From contig CATYJC010000001.1 of assembly GCA_958407555.1 (NCBI GenBank), forward strand, positions 1,188 through 65,187: 64,000 bases of DNA. Reading direction: 5' to 3'. The notes below the pieces were generated by a model. It searched no databases, was not told the DNA's origin, and worked only from the letters and a program-made list of their open reading frames with translations. Source of the stretch: an uncultured Collinsella sp. (lineage in GTDB: Bacteria > Actinomycetota > Coriobacteriia > Coriobacteriales > Coriobacteriaceae). A program made the position numbers and the translations under genes. Shown in pieces: positions 46,467 through 58,523 of this stretch. Positions within the stretch are counted from its first letter, which is position 1. Each line of letters begins with the position of its first letter.

Positions 46467-47645
46467 ATGAACGTTCTGGTCGTCAACGCAGGATCTTCGA
46501 CCCTTAAGTATCAGGTCATCGATACCAAATCCCACAAGGTGTCCGCAAAGGGCTCCTGCGAGCGCGTTTGCTTTACCGGCGGTACCTTCACCCATGCTGC
46601 CAACGGCTCCAAGAAGGTGACCGAGAACATCGAGTTCCCCGACCACAAGGTCGCCATCGAGGTCGTCCTGAAGGACCTCGAGGCCAATGGCGTCAAGATC
46701 GAAGGCATTGGTCACCGCATCGTTCAGGGCGGTTGGTACTTTGGCGATTCCTCCCTCGTCGACGAGGACGTCCTCGCCAAGATTCGCGAGGTCGCCCCGC
46801 TGGCGCCGCTGCACAACAACCCCGAGGCCAACGTTATCGAGTTCTGCCTGGAGCAGTATCCCGATCTGCCCAACGTTACGGTCTACGACACCGCTTTCCA
46901 CTTCAACATGCCCGAGGTCGCCAAGACCTACGCCCTTCCCAAGGATGTTTGCGACAAGCTGCACATCCGTAAGTACGGCGCCCACGGCACCAGCTATCGT
47001 TACATCTCCAAGAAGGTCGCCGAGATGACCAACGGCGAGGCCCGCAAGGTTGTCGTGTGCCACATCGGCTCCGGTGCCTCCCTGTGCGCCATCGAGGACG
47101 GCAAGTGCATGGATACCACTATGGGCTTGACGCCGCTCGACGGTGTCATGATGGGCACCCGCTGCGGCTCCATCGACCCGGCTACCGTGTGCTACCTGCA
47201 GCGCGAGGGCGGCTACACCTTCGACGAGGTCGACGAGATGATGAACAAGAAGTCCGGCCTTTTGGCTGTGACCGGTGGCAAGACCAACGACTGCCGCAAC
47301 GTCGAGGAGCTCGCCGCCGCTGGCGACCCCGAGGCTCAGCTCGCCTTCGACATGTTCGTCTACAAGATTGCCGCCAAGGCTGCCGAGATGGCCACTTCCA
47401 TGTGCGGCATGGACACCCTGGTCTTCACCGCCGGCATCGGTGAGCACGCTCCGGCCGTTCGCGCCGGCGTTGCCGACCGTCTGGCCTTTATGGGCGTCAA
47501 GATGGACCATGCCCGTAACGCCCTGCGTGGCGACGGCGCTTGGTGCCTGTCTGCCAAGGATTCCAAGGTCAAGATCTTCGTCATCCCCACGGACGAGGAG
47601 TTCATGATCGCTTCTGACGTCGAGCGCATCGTCAACGGTAAGTAA
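46467..47645 (+). CDS. ackA: Acetate/propionate kinase, paralog 1
   Basis: VLVVNAGSSTLKY, GHRIV.GG, APLHN, DTAFH, YGAHGTS, TMGLTPLDG..MGTRCG.IDP, FTAGIGE, PTDEE. Confidence 0.93.
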   Translation: MNVLVVNAGSSTLKYQVIDTKSHKVSAKGSCERVCFTGGTFTHAANGSKKVTENIEFPDHKVAIEVVLKDLEANGVKIEGIGHRIVQGGWYFGDSSLVDEDVLAKIREVAPLAPLHNNPEANVIEFCLEQYPDLPNVTVYDTAFHFNMPEVAKTYALPKDVCDKLHIRKYGAHGTSYRYISKKVAEMTNGEARKVVVCHIGSGASLCAIEDGKCMDTTMGLTPLDGVMMGTRCGSIDPATVCYLQREGGYTFDEVDEMMNKKSGLLAVTGGKTNDCRNVEELAAAGDPEAQLAFDMFVYKIAAKAAEMATSMCGMDTLVFTAGIGEHAPAVRAGVADRLAFMGVKMDHARNALRGDGAWCLSAKDSKVKIFVIPTDEEFMIASDVERIVNGK

Positions 47646-47658
47646 TTGCAAGAGGGGA

Positions 47659-47696
47659 GGGGCTGGACGACCAAGTGCCGTTCAGCCCCTCTTTTG
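47659..47696 (+). terminator. Terminator between the two ackA genes
   Basis: GGGGCTGGACG...CGTTCAGCCCCTCTTTT. Confidence 0.7.
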
Positions 47697-47808
47697 CGCT
47701 CGTTGGACGACATTCTGATAGCTATTTATCAAGATATGATAACTTCTTATTAAAATGCGGCCGCCTTAAGGGGCCTGCGTCGACCGTATTGCACTGCAAA
47801 GGAGTCTC

Positions 47809-48987
47809 ATGAACGTACTTGTTGTCAACGCCGGCAGTTCAAGCCTTAAATATCAGTTTTTGGATACCGATACCCGCGAGGTTTTCGCCAAGGGCAACTG
47901 CGAGCGTATCGGATCGGACATGGGCATCTTCGGCCACTCCGAGAACGGTGGCGCCAAGCAGACCGAGGAGGTTCCCTTCCCCGATCATCGCTCTGCTATC
48001 GCTCGCGTGCTCGAGGAGCTCGAGAAGACCGACTTTACGATTGACGGCATTGGGCATCGCATCGTTCAGGGCGGTTGGCACTTCGATGATTCCGCGGTCG
48101 TTGACGACGAGGTCATGGCTAAGATTCTCGAGGTAGCCCCCTTGGCTCCGCTGCACAACTACGGCGAGGCCGCGGCGATTGAGTATTGCCGTGAGAAGTA
48201 TCCGGAGCTGCCCAACGTGGCCGTCTTCGACACCTCGTTCCACATGACCATGCCCGAGGTTGCCTACACTTACGCCCTGCCCAAGGACGTGTGCGACAAG
48301 TACCACGTGCGCAAGTACGGCGCCCACGGTACGAGCCACCGCTACGAGTGGATGATGGCCAAGGAGATCCTGGGCTCGCGCTGCCACCGTCTGCTTTCGT
48401 GCCACCTGGGCAACGGCGCCTCGCTCGCCGCCATCGAGGACGGCGTGTGCCGCGATACCACGATGGGACTCACGCCGCTTGACGGCCTGATGATGGGAAC
48501 CCGCTGCGGCTCCATCGACCCGGCTACCGTGTGCTACCTGCAGCGCGAGGGCAGCTACAGCTACCAGGAAGTCGATGACATGATGAACAAGCAGTCTGGC
48601 CTACTTGCCATCTCGGGTATCTCCAACGACGCCCGCGACATCCGTACGCGCGCTTCCGAGGGAGATGAGCGCTGCCTGCTCGCCTTCGATATGTTCGCCT
48701 ATAAGGCTATGCAGCAGGCCGGCTCCATGATCGCTTCTATGGCCGGCGTGGATACCATCACCTTTACCGCTGGCATCGGCGAGAATGACTGGTCGATCCG
48801 CAAGGCCTTCTGCGACTGCTTTGAGTGGCTGGGCGTGCGCATCGACAACAACAAGAACCGCGAGGCCGTGGGCAACGGCCCGCAGGTCATCAGTGCCGCC
48901 GGTTCCGCCGTTACGGTTATGGTCATCCCCACCGACGAGGAATACATGATCGCCCACGACGTCGAGCGTCTGACCAAGAACAACTAA
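47809..48987 (+). CDS. ackA: Acetate/propionate kinase, paralog 2
   Basis: Same motif set with canonical HGTSH, CHLGNGAS, FTAGIGEN. Confidence 0.93.
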   Translation: MNVLVVNAGSSSLKYQFLDTDTREVFAKGNCERIGSDMGIFGHSENGGAKQTEEVPFPDHRSAIARVLEELEKTDFTIDGIGHRIVQGGWHFDDSAVVDDEVMAKILEVAPLAPLHNYGEAAAIEYCREKYPELPNVAVFDTSFHMTMPEVAYTYALPKDVCDKYHVRKYGAHGTSHRYEWMMAKEILGSRCHRLLSCHLGNGASLAAIEDGVCRDTTMGLTPLDGLMMGTRCGSIDPATVCYLQREGSYSYQEVDDMMNKQSGLLAISGISNDARDIRTRASEGDERCLLAFDMFAYKAMQQAGSMIASMAGVDTITFTAGIGENDWSIRKAFCDCFEWLGVRIDNNKNREAVGNGPQVISAAGSAVTVMVIPTDEEYMIAHDVERLTKNN

Positions 48988-49009
48988 CGCACCCGTTTGC
49001 ATGTAAACG

Positions 49010-49047
49010 AAAGGCCTCCAGAGCAACAGCTCCGGAGGCCTTTTTTA
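49010..49047 (+). terminator. ackA2 terminator
   Basis: AAAGGCCTCC-agagcaacagctcc-GGAGGCCTTTTTT. Confidence 0.8.
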
Positions 49048-49192
49048 GCATACGGAAATTCCAGTCCCAAAGTGATCATCGCCGGCAACGCCTGCACTTT
49101 CAGCAACGACACCCATCCGTTCAGATTTTTCAGACCCAGCTCGTAGCCAAGCCGCCGTCCACCCCAGATACCCTGATTACTACGTAGCGGTA

Positions 49193-49323
49193 GAAGGCCG
49201 TACGGTCTAACCCCTGAAAACACTCCGCAGACCAGAAACGCCCCCGTTCGTAGCTCCGAAGGAGCAGAACGGGGGCGTTTCATTGGTCGAGGACGTTTTC
49301 AGGGGTTAGCCCGTACGGCCTTC
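49193..49323. repeat. 131-bp rod-like imperfect palindrome between convergent ackA2 and pta
   Basis: GAAGGCCGTACGG.CTAACCCCTGAAAAC / GTTTTCAGGGGTTAG.CCGTACGGCCTTC outer stem; GAAACGCCCCCGTTC/GAACGGGGGCGTTTC inner stem. Confidence 0.8.
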
Positions 49324-49338
49324 GGGCGAGCACGTCCG

Positions 49339-50319
49339 CTACTCAGCCATCTGAGCCTGGACGGCGGTGATGGCCACGACGCCCACGATGTCGTCGGCAG
49401 AGCAGCCGCGCGAAAGGTCGTTAACCGGCTTGGCGATGCCCTGCAGGATGGGGCCGTAGGCGTCGGCGCCGGCGAAGCGCTGGACCAGCTTGTAGCCGAT
49501 GTTACCGGCCTCGAGGTCGGGGAACACCAGCACGTTGGCCTTACCGGCGACGGAGGAGCCGGGAGCCTTGAGCTGGGCGACGGTGGGGACGACGGCGGCA
49601 TCGAGCTGCAGGTCGCCGTCGATGGCGAGCTCGGGAGCCTTCTCGTGGCAGAACTTCACGGCCTCCTGGACCTTCTTGGCGACCTCGCCGCCGGCGGAGC
49701 CCATGGTGGAGTAGGAGAGCATGGCCACGTGCGGCTCAACGTTGCCCATGAAGGTGGACCAGGAGTGAGCGGAGGCGATGGCGATCTCGGAGAGCTCATC
49801 GGAGGACGGGTTGATGTTGAGACCGCAGTCGGCGAAGATCAGCGTGCCGTCGGTGCCGAACTGCGGGGTGTCGGTGCACATCACGAAGAAGGCCGAGACC
49901 AGCTTGGTGCCCGGGGCGGTCTTGAGGATCTGCAGCGCGGGGCGCAGCGTGTCGGCGGTGGAGTGGCAGGCGCCGGAGACCAGGCCGTCGGCGTCGCCCA
50001 TCTTGACCATCATGGTGCCAAAGTAGGTAGCGTCCATCACCTGGGCGCGAGCCTGCTCGATGGTGACGCCCTTCTTGGCGCGGAGCTCGGCAAACTTCTG
50101 CGCGTACTCCTCGTGCTTCTCGGCATTGCGCGGATCGATGACGGTAGCGCCGGGAACGTCGATCTCGTCGGGGTTACCCAGGATGACGATCTTTGCCAGG
50201 CCCTCCTCGATGATCTTGGTGGCCGCGACGATGGTGCGCGGATCCTCGCCCTCGGGCAGGACGATCGTCTTAAGGTCGGCCTTGGCGGCAGACTTCATAC
50301 GGTTTAGGAAATCGCTCAT
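49339..50319 (-). CDS. pta: Phosphate acetyltransferase
   Basis: IVLPEGED.R, FGTMMV..G.ADGLVSGA.HSTADT.RPALQI.KT.PG, FADCG, DGDLQ.DAA, FPDLEAGNIGYK, PVNDLSRG. Confidence 0.97.
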   Translation of the reverse strand: MSDFLNRMKSAAKADLKTIVLPEGEDPRTIVAATKIIEEGLAKIVILGNPDEIDVPGATVIDPRNAEKHEEYAQKFAELRAKKGVTIEQARAQVMDATYFGTMMVKMGDADGLVSGACHSTADTLRPALQILKTAPGTKLVSAFFVMCTDTPQFGTDGTLIFADCGLNINPSSDELSEIAIASAHSWSTFMGNVEPHVAMLSYSTMGSAGGEVAKKVQEAVKFCHEKAPELAIDGDLQLDAAVVPTVAQLKAPGSSVAGKANVLVFPDLEAGNIGYKLVQRFAGADAYGPILQGIAKPVNDLSRGCSADDIVGVVAITAVQAQMAE

Positions 50320-50550
50320 GTTACTCCTTACAAGCGTTTCGCTAAGCTCCAGGCGCCCGGCTGCTCACGAATAAACCCGCTGCTAGCGGGTTTACCTTTC
50401 AATTATGTACGCCGCGGTGCTTGAGCTTTCCTTGTGTGGCAAGCTCATTATAGGACGCATTAGCGCTATAATCGCTCTGATAAATATGTCTCGAAGAATG
50501 TTCGAGAAAAGCCCAGCTAACGAGCCCGTGGCTTTTGACAAGGAGTATCG

Positions 50551-51753
50551 ATGCAGATTACCTCAGGCCTGCCTGAAGGCTTTAACGCCGGCGCATACGA
50601 CATGATTGTCGTCGGTGCCGGATATGCCGGTGCCGTTTGTGCCCGCCGTCTCGCCGAGACCATCGGCTATCGCGTTGCCGTTCTGGAGCGCCGTAGCCAC
50701 ATTGCAGGTAACGCCTACGACTGCGCTGATGAGGCCGGAATCCTGGTCCACGAGTATGGTCCGCACATCTACCATACCTTTAATGAGCGCGTTCACAATT
50801 TCCTGTCGCGCTTTACCAAGTGGACGGACTACCAGCACAAGGTGCTCGCCAATATCAACGGCACCCTTATGCCCGTGCCCTTTAACCATGCGAGCCTTAA
50901 GCTCGCCTTTGGCGATGAGCGTGGCGAGGAGCTGTATCAGAAGCTCGTGGAGACCTTTGGCAAGGACGTCAAGGTGCCCATCATGGAGCTGCGCAAGAAG
51001 AACGACCCGGATCTTGCCGAGGTCGCCGATTACGTCTACGAGAACGTCTTTTTGCATTACACCATGAAGCAGTGGGGCCAGACGCCCGATCAGATCGATC
51101 CCTCGATCACCGGCCGCGTTCCCGTTTTTGTGGGCGACGATGACCGCTACTTCCCGCAGGCTCCCTTCCAGGGTATGCCGCAGGACGGCTATACCGCGCT
51201 GTTCGAGCACATGCTCGACCACGATCTGATTGATGTGTTCTGCGACGTGGACGCCCGCGACCTCTTCGAGATCGACGAAACCACCGTCAAGATCGACGGT
51301 AAGGTCTATGGCGGCGAGATCGTCTACACCGGTCCGCTCGACGAGCTGTTCAACCTCGACCTGGGCGCTTTGCCGTACCGTACGCTCGACATGAAGTTCG
51401 AGACGCTCGATATGGACCAGTTCCAGCCCGTGGGCACCGTCAACTACACCACGAGCGAGGATTACACGCGTATCACCGAGTTCAAGAACATGACTGGCCA
51501 GGTCCTGCCCGGCAAGACCACCATCATGAAGGAGTATTCCAAGGCCTATACGCCCGGCTCGGGCGAGACGCCCTATTACGCCATTCTGGAGCCCGAGAAC
51601 CGTGAGCTCTATGAGCGCTATCTTGAGCGCGTCCAAAACCTGACGAACTTCCACCCGGTGGGTCGCCTGGCCGAGTATCGTTACTACGATATGGATGCCG
51701 TGACCAACTCCGCCCTCGATCTTTCGGATGAGATTATCGCCTGCCATGCATAA
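50551..51753 (+). CDS. glf: UDP-galactopyranose mutase
   Basis: VVGAGYAG, HIAGNAYD, HEYGPHIYHT, YTMKQWG, DRYF, QG.P..GYT, LPYRTL, TRITEFK, PYY, GRLAEYRYYDMD. Confidence 0.95.
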   Translation: MQITSGLPEGFNAGAYDMIVVGAGYAGAVCARRLAETIGYRVAVLERRSHIAGNAYDCADEAGILVHEYGPHIYHTFNERVHNFLSRFTKWTDYQHKVLANINGTLMPVPFNHASLKLAFGDERGEELYQKLVETFGKDVKVPIMELRKKNDPDLAEVADYVYENVFLHYTMKQWGQTPDQIDPSITGRVPVFVGDDDRYFPQAPFQGMPQDGYTALFEHMLDHDLIDVFCDVDARDLFEIDETTVKIDGKVYGGEIVYTGPLDELFNLDLGALPYRTLDMKFETLDMDQFQPVGTVNYTTSEDYTRITEFKNMTGQVLPGKTTIMKEYSKAYTPGSGETPYYAILEPENRELYERYLERVQNLTNFHPVGRLAEYRYYDMDAVTNSALDLSDEIIACHA

Positions 51754-52777
51754 AGTCATATCATTCGGTATTCCCTCATATAACGCCGCCAAGGACATGG
51801 ACCATTGCATCACCTCCATTCTGGAGGGGAGCAATTACGCCACCGATATCGAGATCATCATCGTCGATGACGGTTCCAAGGACGAGACGGCAGCTAAGGC
51901 CGACGAGTGGGAGACACGTTATCCCGGCATCATTCGCGCGGTGCATCAGGAGAACGGTGGCCACGGCATTGCCGTCCTTTCGGGCTTGCGCGAGGCGCAG
52001 GGCACCTACTACAAGGTCGTCGACTCGGACGACTGGCTCGATGGCGCAGCTCTGTCGACCATGCTTTCGATCCTGCGCGGTTTTGAGGAGCGCGACCAGC
52101 GCGTCGATCTCTTTATCTCGAACTATGTGTACGAGAAGGTTTACGAGGGTACGCATACCGCTATTGGCTACAAGTTTGCCCTGCCGCGAAAAAAGATCTT
52201 TACCTGGGACCAGATTGGCCATTTCCGTCTGGACCAGAATCTGCTCATGCACAGCCTGTGCTATCGCACGGATGTGCTGCGCGCGTCCAATCTGCCTATG
52301 CCGCCGCACACGTTCTATGTAGACAACATCTACGCCTACGTGCCGCTACCGCGCTGCAAGACCATGTACTACGCCGACATCGACCTCTACCGCTACTTTA
52401 TCGGCCGTGAGGGCCAAAGCGTCAACGAGGCCACGATGGTCAAGCGTCTGGACCAGCAGTTTCGCGTGACGCGCATCATGATGGAGTCGTTCCACCTGTA
52501 CAGCGATGTCGAGTCGTCGCGTCTGCGCTCGTACATGATGGGCTATTTCACCATGATGATGGCAATCTGCTCGGTGCTTACTAAGCTTTCCGACGAGGAT
52601 TGTGCCGATGAGCGCCTGAAGACGTTGTGGAGTGATCTGAAAGCCTATGACGAGCGTATGTATCGTCGTGCACGCTACGGTGTGGTCGGCTTCTTCACCA
52701 ACCTGCGCGGCCGTGCCGGAGACAAAACCACACTCGGCCTATACCGTCTTGCCTCAAAGATCTTCAAATTCAACTAA
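51746..52777 (+). CDS. Glycosyltransferase family 2 (probably galactofuranosyl-related)
   Basis: IPSYN, IIVDDGSKD, HQENGGHG, YKVVDSDDW; overlaps the glf stop. Confidence 0.9.
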   Translation: MHKVISFGIPSYNAAKDMDHCITSILEGSNYATDIEIIIVDDGSKDETAAKADEWETRYPGIIRAVHQENGGHGIAVLSGLREAQGTYYKVVDSDDWLDGAALSTMLSILRGFEERDQRVDLFISNYVYEKVYEGTHTAIGYKFALPRKKIFTWDQIGHFRLDQNLLMHSLCYRTDVLRASNLPMPPHTFYVDNIYAYVPLPRCKTMYYADIDLYRYFIGREGQSVNEATMVKRLDQQFRVTRIMMESFHLYSDVESSRLRSYMMGYFTMMMAICSVLTKLSDEDCADERLKTLWSDLKAYDERMYRRARYGVVGFFTNLRGRAGDKTTLGLYRLASKIFKFN

Positions 52778-52809
52778 CTGCTGAGTAATCGCTGTTGATA
52801 GGTTGACTG

Positions 52810-52919
52810 GGCCCCTTGGCCTTTAGTTTGCTACTGCGAACAGTCCTGCTCGCACGGAAAGCACATTTAGTGCTTTCCGGCTCGTGCGGAACTTGTATCA
52901 AACTAAAGGCCAAGGGGCC
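52810..52919. repeat. Structured palindromic repeat, copy A
   Basis: GGCCCCTTGGCCTTTAGTTTG / CAAACTAAAGGCCAAGGGGCC outer stem; GGAAAGCAC-attta-GTGCTTTCC apical stem. Confidence 0.8.
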
Positions 52920-53012
52920 TCTGCCATAAGAATCGATTGACAGACTGCCTGAATTTGAAGATCTTGGACGCACGGTACACAGGGGCCTGGGCTGAAAAGA
53001 TCTTAGTTGGTG

Positions 53013-53141
53013 GTCGGTCGGAGATGGGCGGGCGTTACGTTTGTCGCGAGTTCCGCATGCAAAGAAGGCCACTTAATGTGGCCTTCGTCTTGCATAGGAC
53101 TGTAGAGCAGCAAACGTAACGCCCGCCCGTCTCCGACCGAC
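53013..53141. repeat. Structured palindromic repeat, copy B (inverted relative to copy A)
   Basis: GTCGGTCGGAGATGGGCGGGCGTTACGTTTG / CAAACGTAACGCCCGCCCGTCTCCGACCGAC outer stem; GAAGGCCAC-ttaat-GTGGCCTTC apical stem. Confidence 0.8.
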
Positions 53142-53153
53142 GGTCGAGTGAGG

Positions 53154-54155
53154 CTACTTCGCGGCGCCGGGGATGCCGTGGGAGGTTTTGGCGGTTTTGG
53201 CTCCGTTTACGATGGCGGTTTCCAGGGCCCTTACGGCGAGCATGCCCAGCAGGTCTAGGGAAACGGCGGCGCTTGCCTGGGCGCCCAGTTTGGCGCTGGC
53301 GAGGGTGTAGATGGTGTCGCCGTCGTTGGTGGTGTGTGTGGGGCGGATGGCGTGCGCGTAGGCGTCCGCGGCCATCTGAGAGACCTTGGTGGCCTGGGCC
53401 TTAGTGAGCTCCACATTGGTGACGATGCAGCTGATGGTGGTGTTGGTGCGGTCGAGCGGCATCTGCATGGAGCCGGCGGCGGCAAGGGCGGCGAGCTCCA
53501 TGTCGACGATCTGGTCGCTATCGGCTGCGGCGCGCATGCCGGCCACCCACTCGCCAGTGGCCGGGTCGACGACGTTGCCGCAGGCGTTGACGGAGACCAC
53601 GGCGCCCACCTTGACGGGGCCGAGTGCCACGGCGGCAGCTCCAAGGCCGGCCTTCATGCAGGTAGCAGGTCCCATGAGCTTGCCTACAGTGGCGCCGGTG
53701 CCGGCGCCCACGTTGCCCTGCTCGAGCGTGGCAGGGGTGTGGTCGAGCGCCTCGCGCACGGCAGCGATACCGGCCTCAATGTCGGGACGCACGGTGGGGT
53801 CGCCAAAGGCAAGGTCGAAGATGCAGCTGGAGCACACGATGGGCACCTGCGTGGGGCCGACGGGAAGGCCGATGCCGCGGCTCTCGAGTTCGCGGGCCAC
53901 GCCGCTTGCGGCTTCGAGGCCAAAGGCCGATCCGCCCGAAAGGCAGACAGCGTGGACCTTATCGACAGTGTTTTCGGGACGCAGCAGGTCGGTCTCGCGC
54001 GAAGCGGGAGCGCCACCGCGTACGTCAACACCGCCGGTGGCACCCTCGGGCGCCACGATTACGGTGCAGCCGGTGCCAGCCTCCTCGTCCGTATAGTTGC
54101 CAAAGCAAAAGCCATTGACATTGCAAACATCGATGGCTTCGAGCGGTGTGTCCAT
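53154..54155 (-). CDS. P1/S58-family peptidase (DmpA-like)
   Basis: TGCTVI, VDVRGGAPASRETDLL, LSGGSAFGL.AA.GV, GNVGAGTGA, NTTI..IVTN, P.HT..DGDT. Confidence 0.9.
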   Translation of the reverse strand: MDTPLEAIDVCNVNGFCFGNYTDEEAGTGCTVIVAPEGATGGVDVRGGAPASRETDLLRPENTVDKVHAVCLSGGSAFGLEAASGVARELESRGIGLPVGPTQVPIVCSSCIFDLAFGDPTVRPDIEAGIAAVREALDHTPATLEQGNVGAGTGATVGKLMGPATCMKAGLGAAAVALGPVKVGAVVSVNACGNVVDPATGEWVAGMRAAADSDQIVDMELAALAAAGSMQMPLDRTNTTISCIVTNVELTKAQATKVSQMAADAYAHAIRPTHTTNDGDTIYTLASAKLGAQASAAVSLDLLGMLAVRALETAIVNGAKTAKTSHGIPGAAK

Positions 54156-54255
54156 ATTTTCTCCTATCGGTTTTCCGCCGGGCCTTATGCCCGGTCGGGA
54201 TCCGTACGGTACGGCAAAATTGTAGGCGCTGGGGGATACCCGGCGCCAGATGCGA

Positions 54256-54837
54256 TTACGAGAGTTTTTGAATCGCGCGTGCGACGCGGGCGATGGGCAA
54301 GCCCACCACGTTGTAGAAGTCACCGGAAATATCGTGCACGAGCATGCGGCCGCCTGTGCCCTGGATGCCGTAGGCCCCGGCCTTGTCCATGGGTTCGCCG
54401 GAGGCAACATAGCGCTCGATCTGCTCGTCGGTAAGCTCATAGAACGTCACGTCGGTCACATCGACAAACGACAGGCTCTCGGCAGCATGCGGAGCTGTAG
54501 CGTCGCCGGCTTTAACGATGCAGACGCCAGTTGCCACCTGGTGCGTGCGGCCCGAAAGCTCGTGGAGCATGGCGCGCGCCTCGTCCCCGTTTGCCGGCTT
54601 ACCCAAAATCTTGCCATCGAAGGTGACGATGGTATCGGCCGCGACGGTCAGCTCATTGGGCTCGGCTTGCTCGGCGGCGACGGCAGCAGCTTTAGCACGC
54701 GCCAAGCGCTCGACGAGCGTAAGCGGAGCTTCGCCATCAAAGGGCGTTTCATCGATATCCGCGGGAATCACGCGAATGTTATAGCCTGCCTCGCGCATCA
54801 GCTCTATGCGGCGCGGCGATTGCGAAGCCAAGATCAT
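54256..54837 (-). CDS. maf: Maf-family nucleoside triphosphate pyrophosphatase
   Basis: ILASQSPRR.EL, IDET, LA..KA, ADTIV, ILGKP, LSGRTH.V.TG, EP.DKAGAYGIQG, NVVGLP. Confidence 0.95.
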   Translation of the reverse strand: MILASQSPRRIELMREAGYNIRVIPADIDETPFDGEAPLTLVERLARAKAAAVAAEQAEPNELTVAADTIVTFDGKILGKPANGDEARAMLHELSGRTHQVATGVCIVKAGDATAPHAAESLSFVDVTDVTFYELTDEQIERYVASGEPMDKAGAYGIQGTGGRMLVHDISGDFYNVVGLPIARVARAIQKLS

Positions 54838-55376
54838 AGTTGGATGCCCTCGGCGACCTTCTCGACGGCCTTTTCGCCGGCGAGCGTGCGCAACAGCTCC
54901 AAGGCAAAGGGGAGTGACTGTGCCATGCCACTGGCAGTGATGATATTGCCGTCTTGCGTGACTTTCTCGCCGGTATAGGTGCCCTCGGGGAAGCTCTTCT
55001 CAAAGCCGGGGAAGCACGTGGCGCGGCGTCCCTCGAGTAGACCAAGCTCGCCCAGGATAAACGGGGCGGCGCAGATGGCGGCAACGTGCTTGGTCGCGGC
55101 GAAATCGCAGACTACGTCGCAGACGCGCTGGTCGGCGCGCAGGTTGGTGGCACCGGGCAGGCCGCCGGGCAGCACGACGCAGTCGTACTCGTCAAAGTCG
55201 ATCTCGTCAAAGAGCGCACCGCAGGTCACGGGAATCTGCAGCGAGCTCACGACCTCGCGCGTGGGCATAATCGAGACGAGCGTGGCACGCACGCCGCCGC
55301 GACGCATGACGTCGACCATGGTCAGGCATTCAATCGTTTCAAAGCCATCGGCGGCGAAAACGGCAACGCTGGGCAT
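54834..55376 (-). CDS. DJ-1/PfpI family protein (YajL/ThiJ-like)
   Basis: GFETIE, LPGGLPGA.NL, AAICAAP, ATC.PG, DGNIITA.G. Confidence 0.9.
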   Translation of the reverse strand: MPSVAVFAADGFETIECLTMVDVMRRGGVRATLVSIMPTREVVSSLQIPVTCGALFDEIDFDEYDCVVLPGGLPGATNLRADQRVCDVVCDFAATKHVAAICAAPFILGELGLLEGRRATCFPGFEKSFPEGTYTGEKVTQDGNIITASGMAQSLPFALELLRTLAGEKAVEKVAEGIQL

Positions 55377-55512
55377 GAGAGTTCCTTTCGTAAGGCGGCA
55401 TACAATTAGCCGTCTTATACCCCGAAGACATGCGCTTGCCACGCTCGATTTCCCAATGTTTAAAAAGGGACGGGGTTATTTTAGCTACCCTCACCCATCC
55501 TCAACAATCTCA

Positions 55513-55638
55513 ATCTGTAACATCTAGACCCACTTTTGACCCCTAACTGTTACAGATCAAGACAAATGGAAACCGCTCCGAAAAAACGTCTAAATCTGTA
55601 ACATCTACGGACCAAAACCGGGTCTTACTGTTACAGAT
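55513..55638. repeat. Two tandem ATCTGTAACA-N25-TGTTACAGAT palindromic units (81-bp period)
   Basis: Arms at 55513-55522/55548-55557 and 55594-55603/55629-55638. Confidence 0.75.
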
Positions 55639-55726
55639 CGAGACGGTCCCCAACAGCACCGCCCCGTTCGGGGAACGATCGCCACAGGTACGGCGGGCAG
55701 AGGCTCACTTTTTTCCTCGGTTTTTC

Positions 55727-58492
<2,766 letters not shown>

Positions 58493-58523
58493 CCGCCCGG
58501 GCAATATCACTAAGGAGAAAGTA

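Noticed and set aside
55513..55638. Possible CRISPR mini-array
   Set aside because: Only two units, built from short inverted arms rather than direct repeats with unique spacers; no cas genes in the window
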